This document shows, in pieces, positions 30,486 to 40,900 of a stretch of DNA of 64,000 bases (positions within the stretch are counted from its first letter, which is position 1; each line of letters starts with the position of its first letter). The notes below the pieces were generated by a model. That model was not told where the DNA came from. It ran no database searches and was given only the letters and a program-made list of their open reading frames with translations. A program made the translations under genes and the position numbers. Where the stretch lies: the IMG/VR virus record IMGVR_UViG_3300010158_000027, positions 124,001-188,000 of that record. The stretch is one strand, 5' to 3'.

Positions 30486-31493
30486 ATGATTAAAACATTA
30501 GTTATTGATGCGAACAATCTATTAAAGATAGGATTCCACGGAGTTAAAGGGTATTTTAATGGTGTTGAACATGTGGGTGGTATTTGGCATTTTTTAAATA
30601 CCACTCGTAGGTTCATTGATGAGGGTAATTTTGACAAGGTGATCGTTGCTTGGGACGGAGTTACCAGTTCATCAGAACGAAGGTTATTTTACCCCAACTA
30701 CAAACTAAATAGACGGGCACCATCTGATGAAAACTTGGAACTATCATTTAACAAACAAAAAGTAAGAGTAAAACAATACTTAGAGGAAATGTTTGTTAGA
30801 CAAATTGAGTTTGAAAACTCGGAAGCCGACGATTTAATCTCATATTACTGTCAAATATCGATAGGTGAACACAAAACCATTTTTAGTGGAGATAGGGACC
30901 TCACACAACTTATATCAGAAGATGTATGTATCTATTCGCCTAACACTAAAAAGTACTATAAGAATGGAGATAACATTAAACTACACGAGATAGAGATACC
31001 CCACTATAATGTTAAAACATTTAAAATCGTTTCTGGAGATAGATCAGATAACATTGATGGGATTTATTATTTAGGTGAAAAAACATTTGTAAAGTTATTT
31101 CCCGAAATCCTTGATACTAAAGTATCTTTTACCGATATTTTAACAAGGGGTGAAGAACTTTTAAAAGAACAGAAAGATAATACCGTACTTAAAAATTTAC
31201 TGACGGGTAGAACAAAGAGTGGTATATTTGGTGACGAATTCTTCCAAGTCAATGAAAAACTTGTTGATTTATCGGAACCGTTGATAAGTGAAGAAGGAAA
31301 AGAGATGGTTAGATTGTATTACTCCGAGTCGTTGGATCCTGACGGAAGAGGTTATAAGAATCTAATTAGAATGATGATGGAAGATGGGCTTTTTAAATAT
31401 TTACCAAAAAATGATGATGCTTGGGTTTATTTTTTAAAACCATTTTTAAAACTAACAAGAAAAGAAAAAACAAAATTTAAAACAAAAAAGTAA
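30486..31493 (+). CDS. 5'-3' exonuclease / RNase H (PolA 5'-exo, T4 Rnh-like)
   Basis: LVIDANNL, YPNYK.NR, EADDLI, SGDRDL.QL and GDRSDNIDGI..LGEKT motifs. Confidence 0.92.
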   Translation: MIKTLVIDANNLLKIGFHGVKGYFNGVEHVGGIWHFLNTTRRFIDEGNFDKVIVAWDGVTSSSERRLFYPNYKLNRRAPSDENLELSFNKQKVRVKQYLEEMFVRQIEFENSEADDLISYYCQISIGEHKTIFSGDRDLTQLISEDVCIYSPNTKKYYKNGDNIKLHEIEIPHYNVKTFKIVSGDRSDNIDGIYYLGEKTFVKLFPEILDTKVSFTDILTRGEELLKEQKDNTVLKNLLTGRTKSGIFGDEFFQVNEKLVDLSEPLISEEGKEMVRLYYSESLDPDGRGYKNLIRMMMEDGLFKYLPKNDDAWVYFLKPFLKLTRKEKTKFKTKK

Positions 31494-31497
31494 AAGT

Positions 31498-31953
31498 ATG
31501 AAAGATCAGAACGATGTAACGAAGGTTGAATTCTTAATGACACTTAACAATAATTTTGTGGTACAAAGATTTTTTAATGTTAAAGGGTATAATGAAAACG
31601 CTAAAAATAGTGTTGAATTTTACGAATACATTAAAAGTTTATCTGAGGAATTACAAACAAAGTTAAGAAACAAGAGCGTTGTCTATATGTTGGAAAATAG
31701 ATTCCAAATTGAGGAGGACAAAAACGTTTTAGAGACATCAAATACCGATGGACCTGAAACATTTAATATTATTTTAAAGGTAGGAAATCTGACAATTTGT
31801 CATAGAGTCATTGATGCGAAAGTGTACCCTCCGAAGGTAAGATACACCCTGGATATACGCCCATCCATAAAAAACATTTTAAGAGAATTGACTGACATTT
31901 TATCAGATGAAAATTTATCTTTTGAGATGATGACTTATTCATTGGCTCAATAG
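31498..31953 (+). CDS. hypothetical protein
   Basis: 151-aa ORF tightly packed in the replication operon. Confidence 0.75.
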   Translation: MKDQNDVTKVEFLMTLNNNFVVQRFFNVKGYNENAKNSVEFYEYIKSLSEELQTKLRNKSVVYMLENRFQIEEDKNVLETSNTDGPETFNIILKVGNLTICHRVIDAKVYPPKVRYTLDIRPSIKNILRELTDILSDENLSFEMMTYSLAQ

Positions 31954-31988
31954 TATTTATTAAAACACAATAAAAAAATCTATAAAAT

Positions 31989-33362
31989 ATGTCAGACAAA
32001 AAAAACTTCGGGTACTTAGGAAATACGTTTCAAATTCAACTTTTAAACAACATCGTAACGTATAAAACATTCGCTAATTCCATTATTGAAGTTATTGATC
32101 CTCACTATTTTGATAACCAATATTTTAAAATCATTTGTCAAATGATTAGAGAATATTATACAAAATATGATCACACACCCACGTTTGATACCCTCGAACA
32201 ACTAACTAAATCTGAAATTAGTTCACCAATGGCTCAAAAAAGTGTATTAGATACTATTGAGCAGGTTAGAAATGTTTCAGATGAGGGATCAACATTTGTT
32301 CAAGAAAAATCCCTAAAATTCTGTAAACAACAGGAACTCCAAAAAGTGATGATAAAAACTCAATCAATTATCGATAAAGGTGATTTTGAGAGTTACGACA
32401 AGTTAGAGGAAATGGTACGTGGAGCACTACAAGTTGGTGAGGTAGATAAAGGTACCACCGACGTGTTTTTTAACCTTGACGAGGTATTAAATGAGGACTA
32501 CAGACACCCAATTCCTATTGGTGTTCCCGGTATTGATAACCTGTTAAAGGGTGGTTTAGCGAAAGGTGAAATCGGAGTTATTTTGGCACCTACCGGTGTT
32601 GGGAAATCAACATTCACAACTAAGATTGCGAACCACGCATTTAACTTAGGATACAACGTACTTCAAATATTTTTTGAGGACAACCCTAAGATTATTCAAA
32701 GAAAACACATTACACTTTGGACTGGAATTCACCCCGACGATTTAACTGAAAACAAGGATGAGGTAATGGCAAAGGTTAAACATATCGAATCAACAAGAAA
32801 AAATAAGTTGATAATGAAAAAGTTACCATCCGATACCGTAACGATGAATCAGATTAAAAATCAAGTTAGAAAGATGATTGCCGATGGAATTAAAGTTGAT
32901 ATGATTATATTGGATTATATCGATTGTGTTGTACCCGATAAAAATTTGGGGGACGAATGGAAAAGTGAAGGTTCGGTGATGAGAGGGTTTGAAGCTATGT
33001 GTCATGAATTGGACATCGCAGGATGGACAGCAACACAAGGGAATAGAAGTTCGATATCGTCTGAGGTGGTAACAACTGACCAAATGGGGGGTTCCATTAA
33101 GAAAGCACAAGTTGGTCACGTAATCATTACGGTGGCTAAAAGTCTACAACAAAAAGAGATGAATTTGGCAACAATAGCGATTACTAAATCGAGAATCGGT
33201 AAAGATGGAATCATATTTGAAAACTGTAAGTTCGACAATGGTATGTTAGAAATCGACACCGAACAAAGTGTGACATTTTTAGGGCACGAAGAACAAAAAG
33301 AAGTGAAAAATCGTAATAGAATTAAAGAACTATTGGCGAAAAAAAAGGAACAACAATCTTAA
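31989..33362 (+). CDS. dnaB: replicative DnaB-like helicase (gp41-like)
   Basis: Walker A APTGVGKST, IILDYID, WTATQGNR, and KSRIG arginine finger. Confidence 0.93.
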   Translation: MSDKKNFGYLGNTFQIQLLNNIVTYKTFANSIIEVIDPHYFDNQYFKIICQMIREYYTKYDHTPTFDTLEQLTKSEISSPMAQKSVLDTIEQVRNVSDEGSTFVQEKSLKFCKQQELQKVMIKTQSIIDKGDFESYDKLEEMVRGALQVGEVDKGTTDVFFNLDEVLNEDYRHPIPIGVPGIDNLLKGGLAKGEIGVILAPTGVGKSTFTTKIANHAFNLGYNVLQIFFEDNPKIIQRKHITLWTGIHPDDLTENKDEVMAKVKHIESTRKNKLIMKKLPSDTVTMNQIKNQVRKMIADGIKVDMIILDYIDCVVPDKNLGDEWKSEGSVMRGFEAMCHELDIAGWTATQGNRSSISSEVVTTDQMGGSIKKAQVGHVIITVAKSLQQKEMNLATIAITKSRIGKDGIIFENCKFDNGMLEIDTEQSVTFLGHEEQKEVKNRNRIKELLAKKKEQQS

Positions 33363-33385
33363 AATAAATAATTAAAATTAAAAAA

Positions 33386-35245
33386 ATGGATATTTCGCAA
33401 AAAATATTAAGTGACATTACTGTCTTTATGAAATACGCTAAGTTTCAACCGGAAAAGAACCGTAGAGAGACTTGGGAAGAGTTAGTAACTCGTAACAAAG
33501 AGATGCACCAAAAGAAGTTTCCTCATATTAAAGATGAGATAGAATCAACATATAAAATGGTGTACGATAAAAAAGTTTTACCATCAATGAGATCATTACA
33601 ATTCGGTGGTAAACCAATTGAGATTTCTCCAAATAGAATTTACAATTGCGCATATATGCCAATTGATCATGTGGATTCATTTGCTGAAACAATGTTTTTA
33701 CTTTTAGGTGGAACGGGTGTTGGGTATTCAGTTCAAAAACACCATGTTGAAAAATTGCCTGACATTAAAAAACCAAACCCAGAAAGAACAAGACGTTACC
33801 TTATTGGTGATTCTATCGAGGGATGGGCGGACGCAATTAAGGTGTTAATGGAATCATATTTGGGTTATAAATCATCAACACCAGTATTTGATTTTTCAGA
33901 TATCAGACATAAAGGTGCGATGCTTGTGACATCAGGTGGGAAGGCTCCAGGCCCACAACCATTAAAAGATTGTGTTCACAACATCACAAAAGTAATGAAC
34001 AGTAAAAAAGATGGTGAAAAATTAACACCAATCGAAACTCACGATATTGTATGTCATATTGCGGACGCAGTACTTGCCGGAGGGATCAGAAGAGCGGCAC
34101 TGATTTCATTATTCTCGGCTGACGATGAAGAAATGATTTCTTGTAAGTCAGGTAACTGGTGGGAATCAAACCCACAAAGAGGTAGAGCAAATAATTCGGC
34201 AGTATTACTTCGTCACAAAATAACTAAAGATTTCTTTATGGAACTTTGGAAACGTATTGAATTGTCAGGAGCAGGTGAACCTGGAATTTACTTATCTAAC
34301 GATAAAGATTGGGGAACAAATCCATGTTGTGAAATCGCACTTAGACCCTTCCAATTTTGTAACTTGTGTGAGGTTAACGCTTCAGACATTGAATCACAAG
34401 AAGACTTTGAAAAACGAGTTAAAGCTGCAGCATTTATTGGAACATTACAAGCGGGATACACTGACTTTCATTATTTGAGAGACATTTGGAAAAGAACGAC
34501 CGAAAAAGATGCACTTATTGGTGTGGGTATGACGGGTATTGGTTCAGGAACGGTTTTAGGGTATGATATGAAAAAAGCGGCTAAAGCAGTTAAAGAAGAA
34601 AACGAAAGAGTTGCGGAACTTATCGGGATTAATAAATCGGCAAGAACAACGACAGTTAAACCGTCAGGAACATCATCATTGGTTTTGGGGACGTCATCTG
34701 GTATCCACGCATGGCATAACGATTATTATGTGAGAAGAATCAGAGTGGGTAAAAACGAATCAATCTACTCTTACTTGGCAATCAATCATCCAGAATTAAT
34801 TGAGGATGAGTTTTTCCGACCACATGATACTGCGGTGATAGGTATACCACAAAAGGCACCAGAAGGGTCAATTTTGAGACACGAATCAGTATTCCAAATG
34901 TTGGAAAGAGTAAAAAAAGTGGCTCAGGAATGGATTAAATTTGGACACAGAAATGGACAAAATACTCACAACGTATCTGCGACAGTTTCAATTAAAGAGG
35001 ACGAGTGGGACTTGGTTGGTGAATGGATGTGGGAAAACAGAAACGCATATAACGGATTGTCCGTATTACCCTATAACGGTGGTTCGTACACCCAGGCTCC
35101 TTTTACCGATTGTACGAAGGAGGAGTATGAAGATTTAATAAAAACATTAACTAATATTGACTTAACTCGTGTAGTTGAATTACAGGATAATACCGACCTA
35201 AGAGGTGAAGTTGCATGTGGTGCGAACGGATGCGAAATTGCTTAA
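33386..35245 (+). CDS. nrdJ: class II (adenosylcobalamin-dependent) ribonucleotide reductase
   Basis: LPSMRSLQ, YNCAY, GTNPCCEI, TVKPSGTSSL and C-terminal CGANGC redox pair; no small subunit gene nearby. Confidence 0.92.
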   Translation: MDISQKILSDITVFMKYAKFQPEKNRRETWEELVTRNKEMHQKKFPHIKDEIESTYKMVYDKKVLPSMRSLQFGGKPIEISPNRIYNCAYMPIDHVDSFAETMFLLLGGTGVGYSVQKHHVEKLPDIKKPNPERTRRYLIGDSIEGWADAIKVLMESYLGYKSSTPVFDFSDIRHKGAMLVTSGGKAPGPQPLKDCVHNITKVMNSKKDGEKLTPIETHDIVCHIADAVLAGGIRRAALISLFSADDEEMISCKSGNWWESNPQRGRANNSAVLLRHKITKDFFMELWKRIELSGAGEPGIYLSNDKDWGTNPCCEIALRPFQFCNLCEVNASDIESQEDFEKRVKAAAFIGTLQAGYTDFHYLRDIWKRTTEKDALIGVGMTGIGSGTVLGYDMKKAAKAVKEENERVAELIGINKSARTTTVKPSGTSSLVLGTSSGIHAWHNDYYVRRIRVGKNESIYSYLAINHPELIEDEFFRPHDTAVIGIPQKAPEGSILRHESVFQMLERVKKVAQEWIKFGHRNGQNTHNVSATVSIKEDEWDLVGEWMWENRNAYNGLSVLPYNGGSYTQAPFTDCTKEEYEDLIKTLTNIDLTRVVELQDNTDLRGEVACGANGCEIA

Positions 35246-35273
35246 TATGAAAGTAACATGGGGAAATGACACG

Positions 35274-35304
35274 ACGCTAACATACCAAGTTTTGTTAGCG
35301 TTTT
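35274..35304 (+). terminator. hairpin after nrdJ (inside a 26-codon ORF 35247-35327)
   Basis: ACGCTAACA-N10-TGTTAGCGT followed by TTT. Confidence 0.5.
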
Positions 35305-35328
35305 ATAATCAAAGGAAAAATAATTAAA

Positions 35329-35556
35329 ATGAATGTAAGTGCATCTAAAGATTGGATACAACAATTATATGTGAAGGAGTTTATTACTCCCAAACTTTTA
35401 CCATCTGACTTTTATTATAATAAAGATGGAAGGATGGTTATGACTGAAGAGTATCATAAACGTCGAGGTAAATGTTGCGGAAGTGGGTGTTCACATTGCC
35501 CCTACACACCACCCCACCAAAAAGATAATATAGATTTACAAGGATCCCGACATTAG
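35329..35556 (+). CDS. DUF5522-like Cys/His-rich small protein
   Basis: YYNKDGRMVMTEEYHKRRGKCCGSGCSHCPY signature. Confidence 0.8.
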   Translation: MNVSASKDWIQQLYVKEFITPKLLPSDFYYNKDGRMVMTEEYHKRRGKCCGSGCSHCPYTPPHQKDNIDLQGSRH

Positions 35557-35570
35557 GTTGGGATTTTTTA
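35544..35570 (+). terminator. intrinsic terminator closing the replication block
   Basis: ATCCCGAC-ATTAG-GTTGGGAT followed by a T-tract. Confidence 0.75.
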
Positions 35571-35617
35571 TTTTACCGCTATTTATAACAAAAGTTACAA
35601 CATTATATTTATATAAT

Positions 35618-36079
35618 ATGGCAGACGGAATTACTTATGGTTTAGGGTTCCCCTTTAGACAAAGTCAAAAGGGAACTTATGTGTATTTAACGGAAACTAC
35701 TGGTGATGAAATTAGAAGTAACTTAATACATTTATTATTAACCCGACGTGGTTATAGATATTACTTACCCGATTTTGGGACTAGACTGTATGAGTTTATT
35801 TTTGAACCATTAGACGGACAAACCTTTGATACGATTAAAAGTGAAATCGAAGAGACGGTTAGGAAGTATATACCAAACCTAACAATAGAGAACATCACAA
35901 TTGAGGGGTATGTTGATTCTGAACCATCTATCGGTGATATGCCTACAGAACAATTCGATATACCTATTTATAGGGTACCTGGAGCAAATACGGAGGAATA
36001 CACCGCGAAGGTTAAAATAGAATACACCGATGACAATAACCCATTTGGGTCTAAGGAGTTTGTAATTATAAATTTATAA
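35618..36079 (+). CDS. baseplate wedge protein (gp25-like)
   Basis: FPF..EIRSNLIHLLLTRRG.RY..PDFGT.LY..IFEP. The true start is ATG 35618, 5 nt after TATTTAT. Confidence 0.9.
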   Translation: MADGITYGLGFPFRQSQKGTYVYLTETTGDEIRSNLIHLLLTRRGYRYYLPDFGTRLYEFIFEPLDGQTFDTIKSEIEETVRKYIPNLTIENITIEGYVDSEPSIGDMPTEQFDIPIYRVPGANTEEYTAKVKIEYTDDNNPFGSKEFVIINL

Positions 36080-36083
36080 TATT

Positions 36084-37922
36084 ATGGCGAATAAAAAAAT
36101 ATCATATACTGAAAGAGATTTTGAAGGGATAAGAAGGGACCTTATGAATTTCACGCAGGAGTACTACCCGGAATTAATACAAAATTTTAACGACGCTTCA
36201 GTTTTTTCCGTACTTATGGATTTAAATGCTGCGGTTGCTGATAATTTACACTTTCATATAGATAGAAGTATACAGGAAACTGTACTACAATATGCCCAAC
36301 AACGATCGTCGGTATTTAATATTGCAAGAACTTACGGTTTAAAGGTTCCGGGGTATCGACCCTCAGTGGCGATTGTTGACATTTCAATTACGGTAAAACC
36401 ATTTGGAGATGCCGAAGATGTTAGATATTTAGGAATTCTAAGATCGGGAGCTCAATTTAACGGTGGAGGAACAACCTTTGAAACCTTATACGATGTTGAC
36501 TTCTCAAGTCAGTTTAACAGAGAAGGGTTCGTTAATAGAACTAAAAAACCAATATTTGACCAAAATAACAATATTGTTAATTATGTAATGACAAAACGAG
36601 AAGTTGTTGTTAATGGAACAACAAAGACGTTTAAAAAAGTAATTAATAGTTCCGATGTTGTACCTTTTTATAGTTTTTTTCTACCCGAAAAAAATGTTTT
36701 AGGGGTGACTTCGGTGATACAAAAAGACGGAACCACCTATTTGAATGTACCAACATATTCTGAATTTGCTGGAGACAACAACAGATGGTATGAGGTTGAC
36801 GCTTTAGTTGAGAATACCGTCTTTATCGAGGACCCAACAAAACCTATAGATAGTGCTGGGGTTAAGGTGGGGAAATACCTTAAAACTGAAAACAGATTTA
36901 TTACTGAGTACACACCTGAAGGGTTTTTAAAGGTACAATTTGGTGCTGGAACAACAACTCCAGATGATCAGTTAAAAAGTTTTACAGCAACTGGGGTACC
37001 ATTGAACTTAGCGAACTATCAAAATAATATTGGTTTGGGATTAACAATTAAACCCAATACCACATTATTCGTTCAATATAGGGTTGGGGGTGGACTGGCA
37101 TCAAATATAGGTGTCGGAGCAATCACACAAGTAGGTACTGTTGATTTCGCAGTTAATGGACCATCAGATCAGTTTAATCGAGATGTTATACAATCATTAC
37201 AGGTAAATAACGTAACTGCGGCTATTGGGGGAGCTAACCAACCAACCATCGAGGAGGTTAGAAATATGGTAACCTATAATTTCGCAGCACAAAAACGAGC
37301 AGTAACCATAAACGACTATAAATCGCTTATTGACACAATGCCTGGAAATTTTGGAGCACCAGCAAAGGTATCTATAAGTGAAGTGGATAATAAAATATCG
37401 GTAAAAATTTTATCATACGATCAAACGGGAGTATTAACTCAGACGGTTTCTAATAATCTAAAAACAAATTTAGCAACATACCTTTCTAAATATAGAATGA
37501 TAAATGACTACGTATCTATTGAAGTGGCTAAAGTAATCGACTTAGAATTTGAAGTATTTGTTGTTCTCGAAAGTGCTGGATCACAATCGGAAGTTATTAC
37601 TCAAGTGATAAATAATATTAGTAATTACATGGCTCCACAATCAAGAGAATTGGGACAAAATGTTAACGTTTCAGACATAAAAGGTAATATCCAAGACATT
37701 TCAGGGGTACACACCCTTTCAGAAATCAGAGTCTATAATAAAGTAGGTGGGCAGTACTCATCTTCTGAAACCTCTCAAAGATATGTTGATAAAGTAACCA
37801 AACAGATAGATTTAATAGACGAGACGATATTCGCCGAACCAGACCAAATTTATCAAGTTAGATTCTCAAACAAAGACATTAAAGTTAGGGTTAAAAACTT
37901 AACTACGGTAGACTTTTCTTAA
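36084..37922 (+). CDS. baseplate wedge subunit (gp6 / baseplate J-like)
   Basis: YTERDFEGI..L, A.TYGLK, FGAG, YRVGGG..SN and QKRAVT..DY motifs. Confidence 0.9.
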   Translation: MANKKISYTERDFEGIRRDLMNFTQEYYPELIQNFNDASVFSVLMDLNAAVADNLHFHIDRSIQETVLQYAQQRSSVFNIARTYGLKVPGYRPSVAIVDISITVKPFGDAEDVRYLGILRSGAQFNGGGTTFETLYDVDFSSQFNREGFVNRTKKPIFDQNNNIVNYVMTKREVVVNGTTKTFKKVINSSDVVPFYSFFLPEKNVLGVTSVIQKDGTTYLNVPTYSEFAGDNNRWYEVDALVENTVFIEDPTKPIDSAGVKVGKYLKTENRFITEYTPEGFLKVQFGAGTTTPDDQLKSFTATGVPLNLANYQNNIGLGLTIKPNTTLFVQYRVGGGLASNIGVGAITQVGTVDFAVNGPSDQFNRDVIQSLQVNNVTAAIGGANQPTIEEVRNMVTYNFAAQKRAVTINDYKSLIDTMPGNFGAPAKVSISEVDNKISVKILSYDQTGVLTQTVSNNLKTNLATYLSKYRMINDYVSIEVAKVIDLEFEVFVVLESAGSQSEVITQVINNISNYMAPQSRELGQNVNVSDIKGNIQDISGVHTLSEIRVYNKVGGQYSSSETSQRYVDKVTKQIDLIDETIFAEPDQIYQVRFSNKDIKVRVKNLTTVDFS

Positions 37923-37994
37923 AATTATTTATTTTGGTGTAAAGATGATTATTATTAAAAATACCAAAATAACTATTTATCAACAAAGGGAAGT

Positions 37995-40900
37995 ATGAGT
38001 AAAAACTATAGGTTTAGAACTAAGGTAGGACAAGATAGGGAAGTAAGGTTACAAATCGATCAAGATTTTGATATGATTGAAATCTTATCTTTAAAACTTA
38101 AACAAGAAGATGTCTATACTAGATTTTGCGCTGACTATGGTGTTGTTGCTGGTAGAGTAATAGCTAATGGTGGTTATGGTGTACCAAACGTAACTATATC
38201 AATATTTGTTCCCTTATCTGCTCAAGATGAGAATGACCCGATAATCTCGACATTATACCCATATAAAGATAGTGATCAAAAAAATGAAGATGGGTACAGA
38301 TACAACCTATTACCTTACAAACAAGAGTATGGTGGGCATACACCAACAGGAACCTTTCCTGACATACAAGACATATTAGAAAGAAAGGAGGTACTTGAAA
38401 TATATGAAAAATATTACAAATATACCGTAAGAACCAACGATAGTGGTGATTTTATGATTGTGGGGGTACCTTTAGGTATGCAAAAAATAGTAATGGATAT
38501 GGATTTATCCAATATCGGTTGTTTTTCGCTTAGACCCTCAGACTTAATAAGGATGGGTATGGGTGTTGAAACACAATTTGCGGGTTCACTATTTAGATCA
38601 TCCACAGATTTAGCGACACTTCCACAAATTGTAAATTCTAAAAAAGATATAGAAGTAACATCGTTTTGGGGTGAGAATGAAATTTGTAATGTTGGTATTA
38701 CGAGGGTTGATTTTGATCTTAGAGAGTTAGGTATTAAAATAGAGCCACAAACGATTTTTATGGGGTCTATGGTATCCACCACCGAAGAAGGTGCCTTGGG
38801 TGCCAATTGCAAACCAAAATTCGATAGTGGTAATCTTTGTGACTTAATAAGTGCTCCAGGTAATATATTAGCCATTAGACAAACAATTTATACCGATTCA
38901 ATCGGATATCCAATACTTGAGGAGTTTAAACTACCTGAGGGGGGTATAATTAACGAAGATGGTACTTGGCTTACCGAATTACCGATGAATCTTGATTTCG
39001 TCACAACAAATGAATTTGGAGAGCAAGTCTTTTCTAACGACCCTAAAAATGGGATACCAACAAAAGCAAAATACCGATTTAGAATTCAATATCAGAATGA
39101 GGATGGGGATAATTCGTCAATAATAAGAGCAGATTATTTGGTGCCCAACATCAAGGAATATGGGTGGAAGTCGGGATCATCATTTGAAAATGAACCAACA
39201 TATCCTGATTTACAAAAAAAATCATATGCGTTTAGTTTAGATTGGCAAGACTATGGGGATACAGGAACAACATTAGGACAACAAATAATACAAGAGGCGA
39301 TTAATTGTGATGATAAATTTTTTGAATTTAATTTTAATCGGGTATACACTATAAGTAATTTTATTGATAGATGGAAATGGGGATACAATAGGTCTAGACA
39401 TTTAGGTATAAAAGAAATTACTGATAGAACTTGTAATAGTACCACCAATAAGATGCCAGTTAATGATGGGGTTAGGAACTTCGATTTTATCTTCTTTTTG
39501 TTTAACATACTAATAACAATCGTTAGTCCAATATTTATGACGATTATTGTGATTTATCATTTCATGGCTTTTATCTACCCATATATCAGAAACTTTATAA
39601 ATTTTTTTGTAAAAATAATTAATCCAATAATCGAATTTCTTTGTGAATCGGTTAATTTCTTTAGAAGATTATTTAATAAACCTGAAAAGAACTGCTCATC
39701 CAAACAACTTAACGAATTACCCGAAAAGGTATTCGCAAGACTATCATTACCGATGATGGCGTATCCCGATTGTGAAGCCTGTAGTTGTGAATCCGTACAA
39801 ATGGGTAAGGACCCAAATATTCCTTATAATGATTACACAAACGAAGCGATAAACCAAAGTCAATTAATCGATGTTAATAGTGTTAGTGAGTGGACATGGG
39901 TGGAGACTGAAGAGTATAATAAAATTCAAAATTACTGCGAAACGTTTCCAAAGGGTTGTGGGATTACGTTAGATACATTAACATACGGAATTAATCAAGG
40001 GTTTGCAGGATATTCTGGACCGTTAACCAACGGGAAGTATAAATTACAAAAAACACCAATAACCACTTGGATATCTCAGGATTCTCCAGTTGGTGCACAA
40101 TCATACACCATTCATTGGGCTCAAGTTTTAAACCAAATGAATGCTAGGGAAAGGTATTTTGAAGGTAGTTCAGTTATTACTACCATAGTTAAAAACAAAA
40201 ATTTTTTAAACGTTGAACAACCATCCAACCCAATGAAGGATCAACCTTTAATTTTAATTTGTGATCCAGGAACTTTAGAGAGTATTGGTGGTGCCGGTAC
40301 TTTAATTACGTTTACTAATGTTTTGGACATCAACGACCCAAACATCACAGGATCAACGTTAAACCAATTTAGTACTCAGTCAGTGACGGGAACGTCATCA
40401 TATAGTACGACAGATTTAGTAAATCGAACAGTACAAAATGTGTTACCGGTTTATACTGAAGAAATAGTTGTTGATCGTACGTTAAAATTAAAACTAACAA
40501 AAGAATCACAAGCATATAAATTTAAAGGTGGGGTAGAGTACTTTCAAGTCATTACGGGAAATACATTAGATCATTTTAATCAGTATCTTACAACCCCATT
40601 ATGGACGTCGTTTATTGGTCAATACATATATAGTCCCGGTATGAAATTTAGATGGGGGAAGGGGTTTGGTGAGTACGGTACTTTTGGTAATGCACCAGAT
40701 AATGCCGTCACCTCAATATCGTTTACACCGTCAGAAGATGGGATATTTTTAGGGGGTAAGTTTTTAAAATATGGAACAAATTTTAACCAACATTTAGTTA
40801 AAATTGATACAGCCACTGGGAATGGTTTGGTTTACACACAAAAGACAGTGGGAGATGGAGGATTTACCAAATACGGTGAGGGTGATGGTTTTTTGGGTCC

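Noticed and set aside
35558-35617. N-terminal extension of the gp25-like ORF in the track
   Set aside because: It overlaps a terminator and promoter motifs; ATG 35618 fits better.
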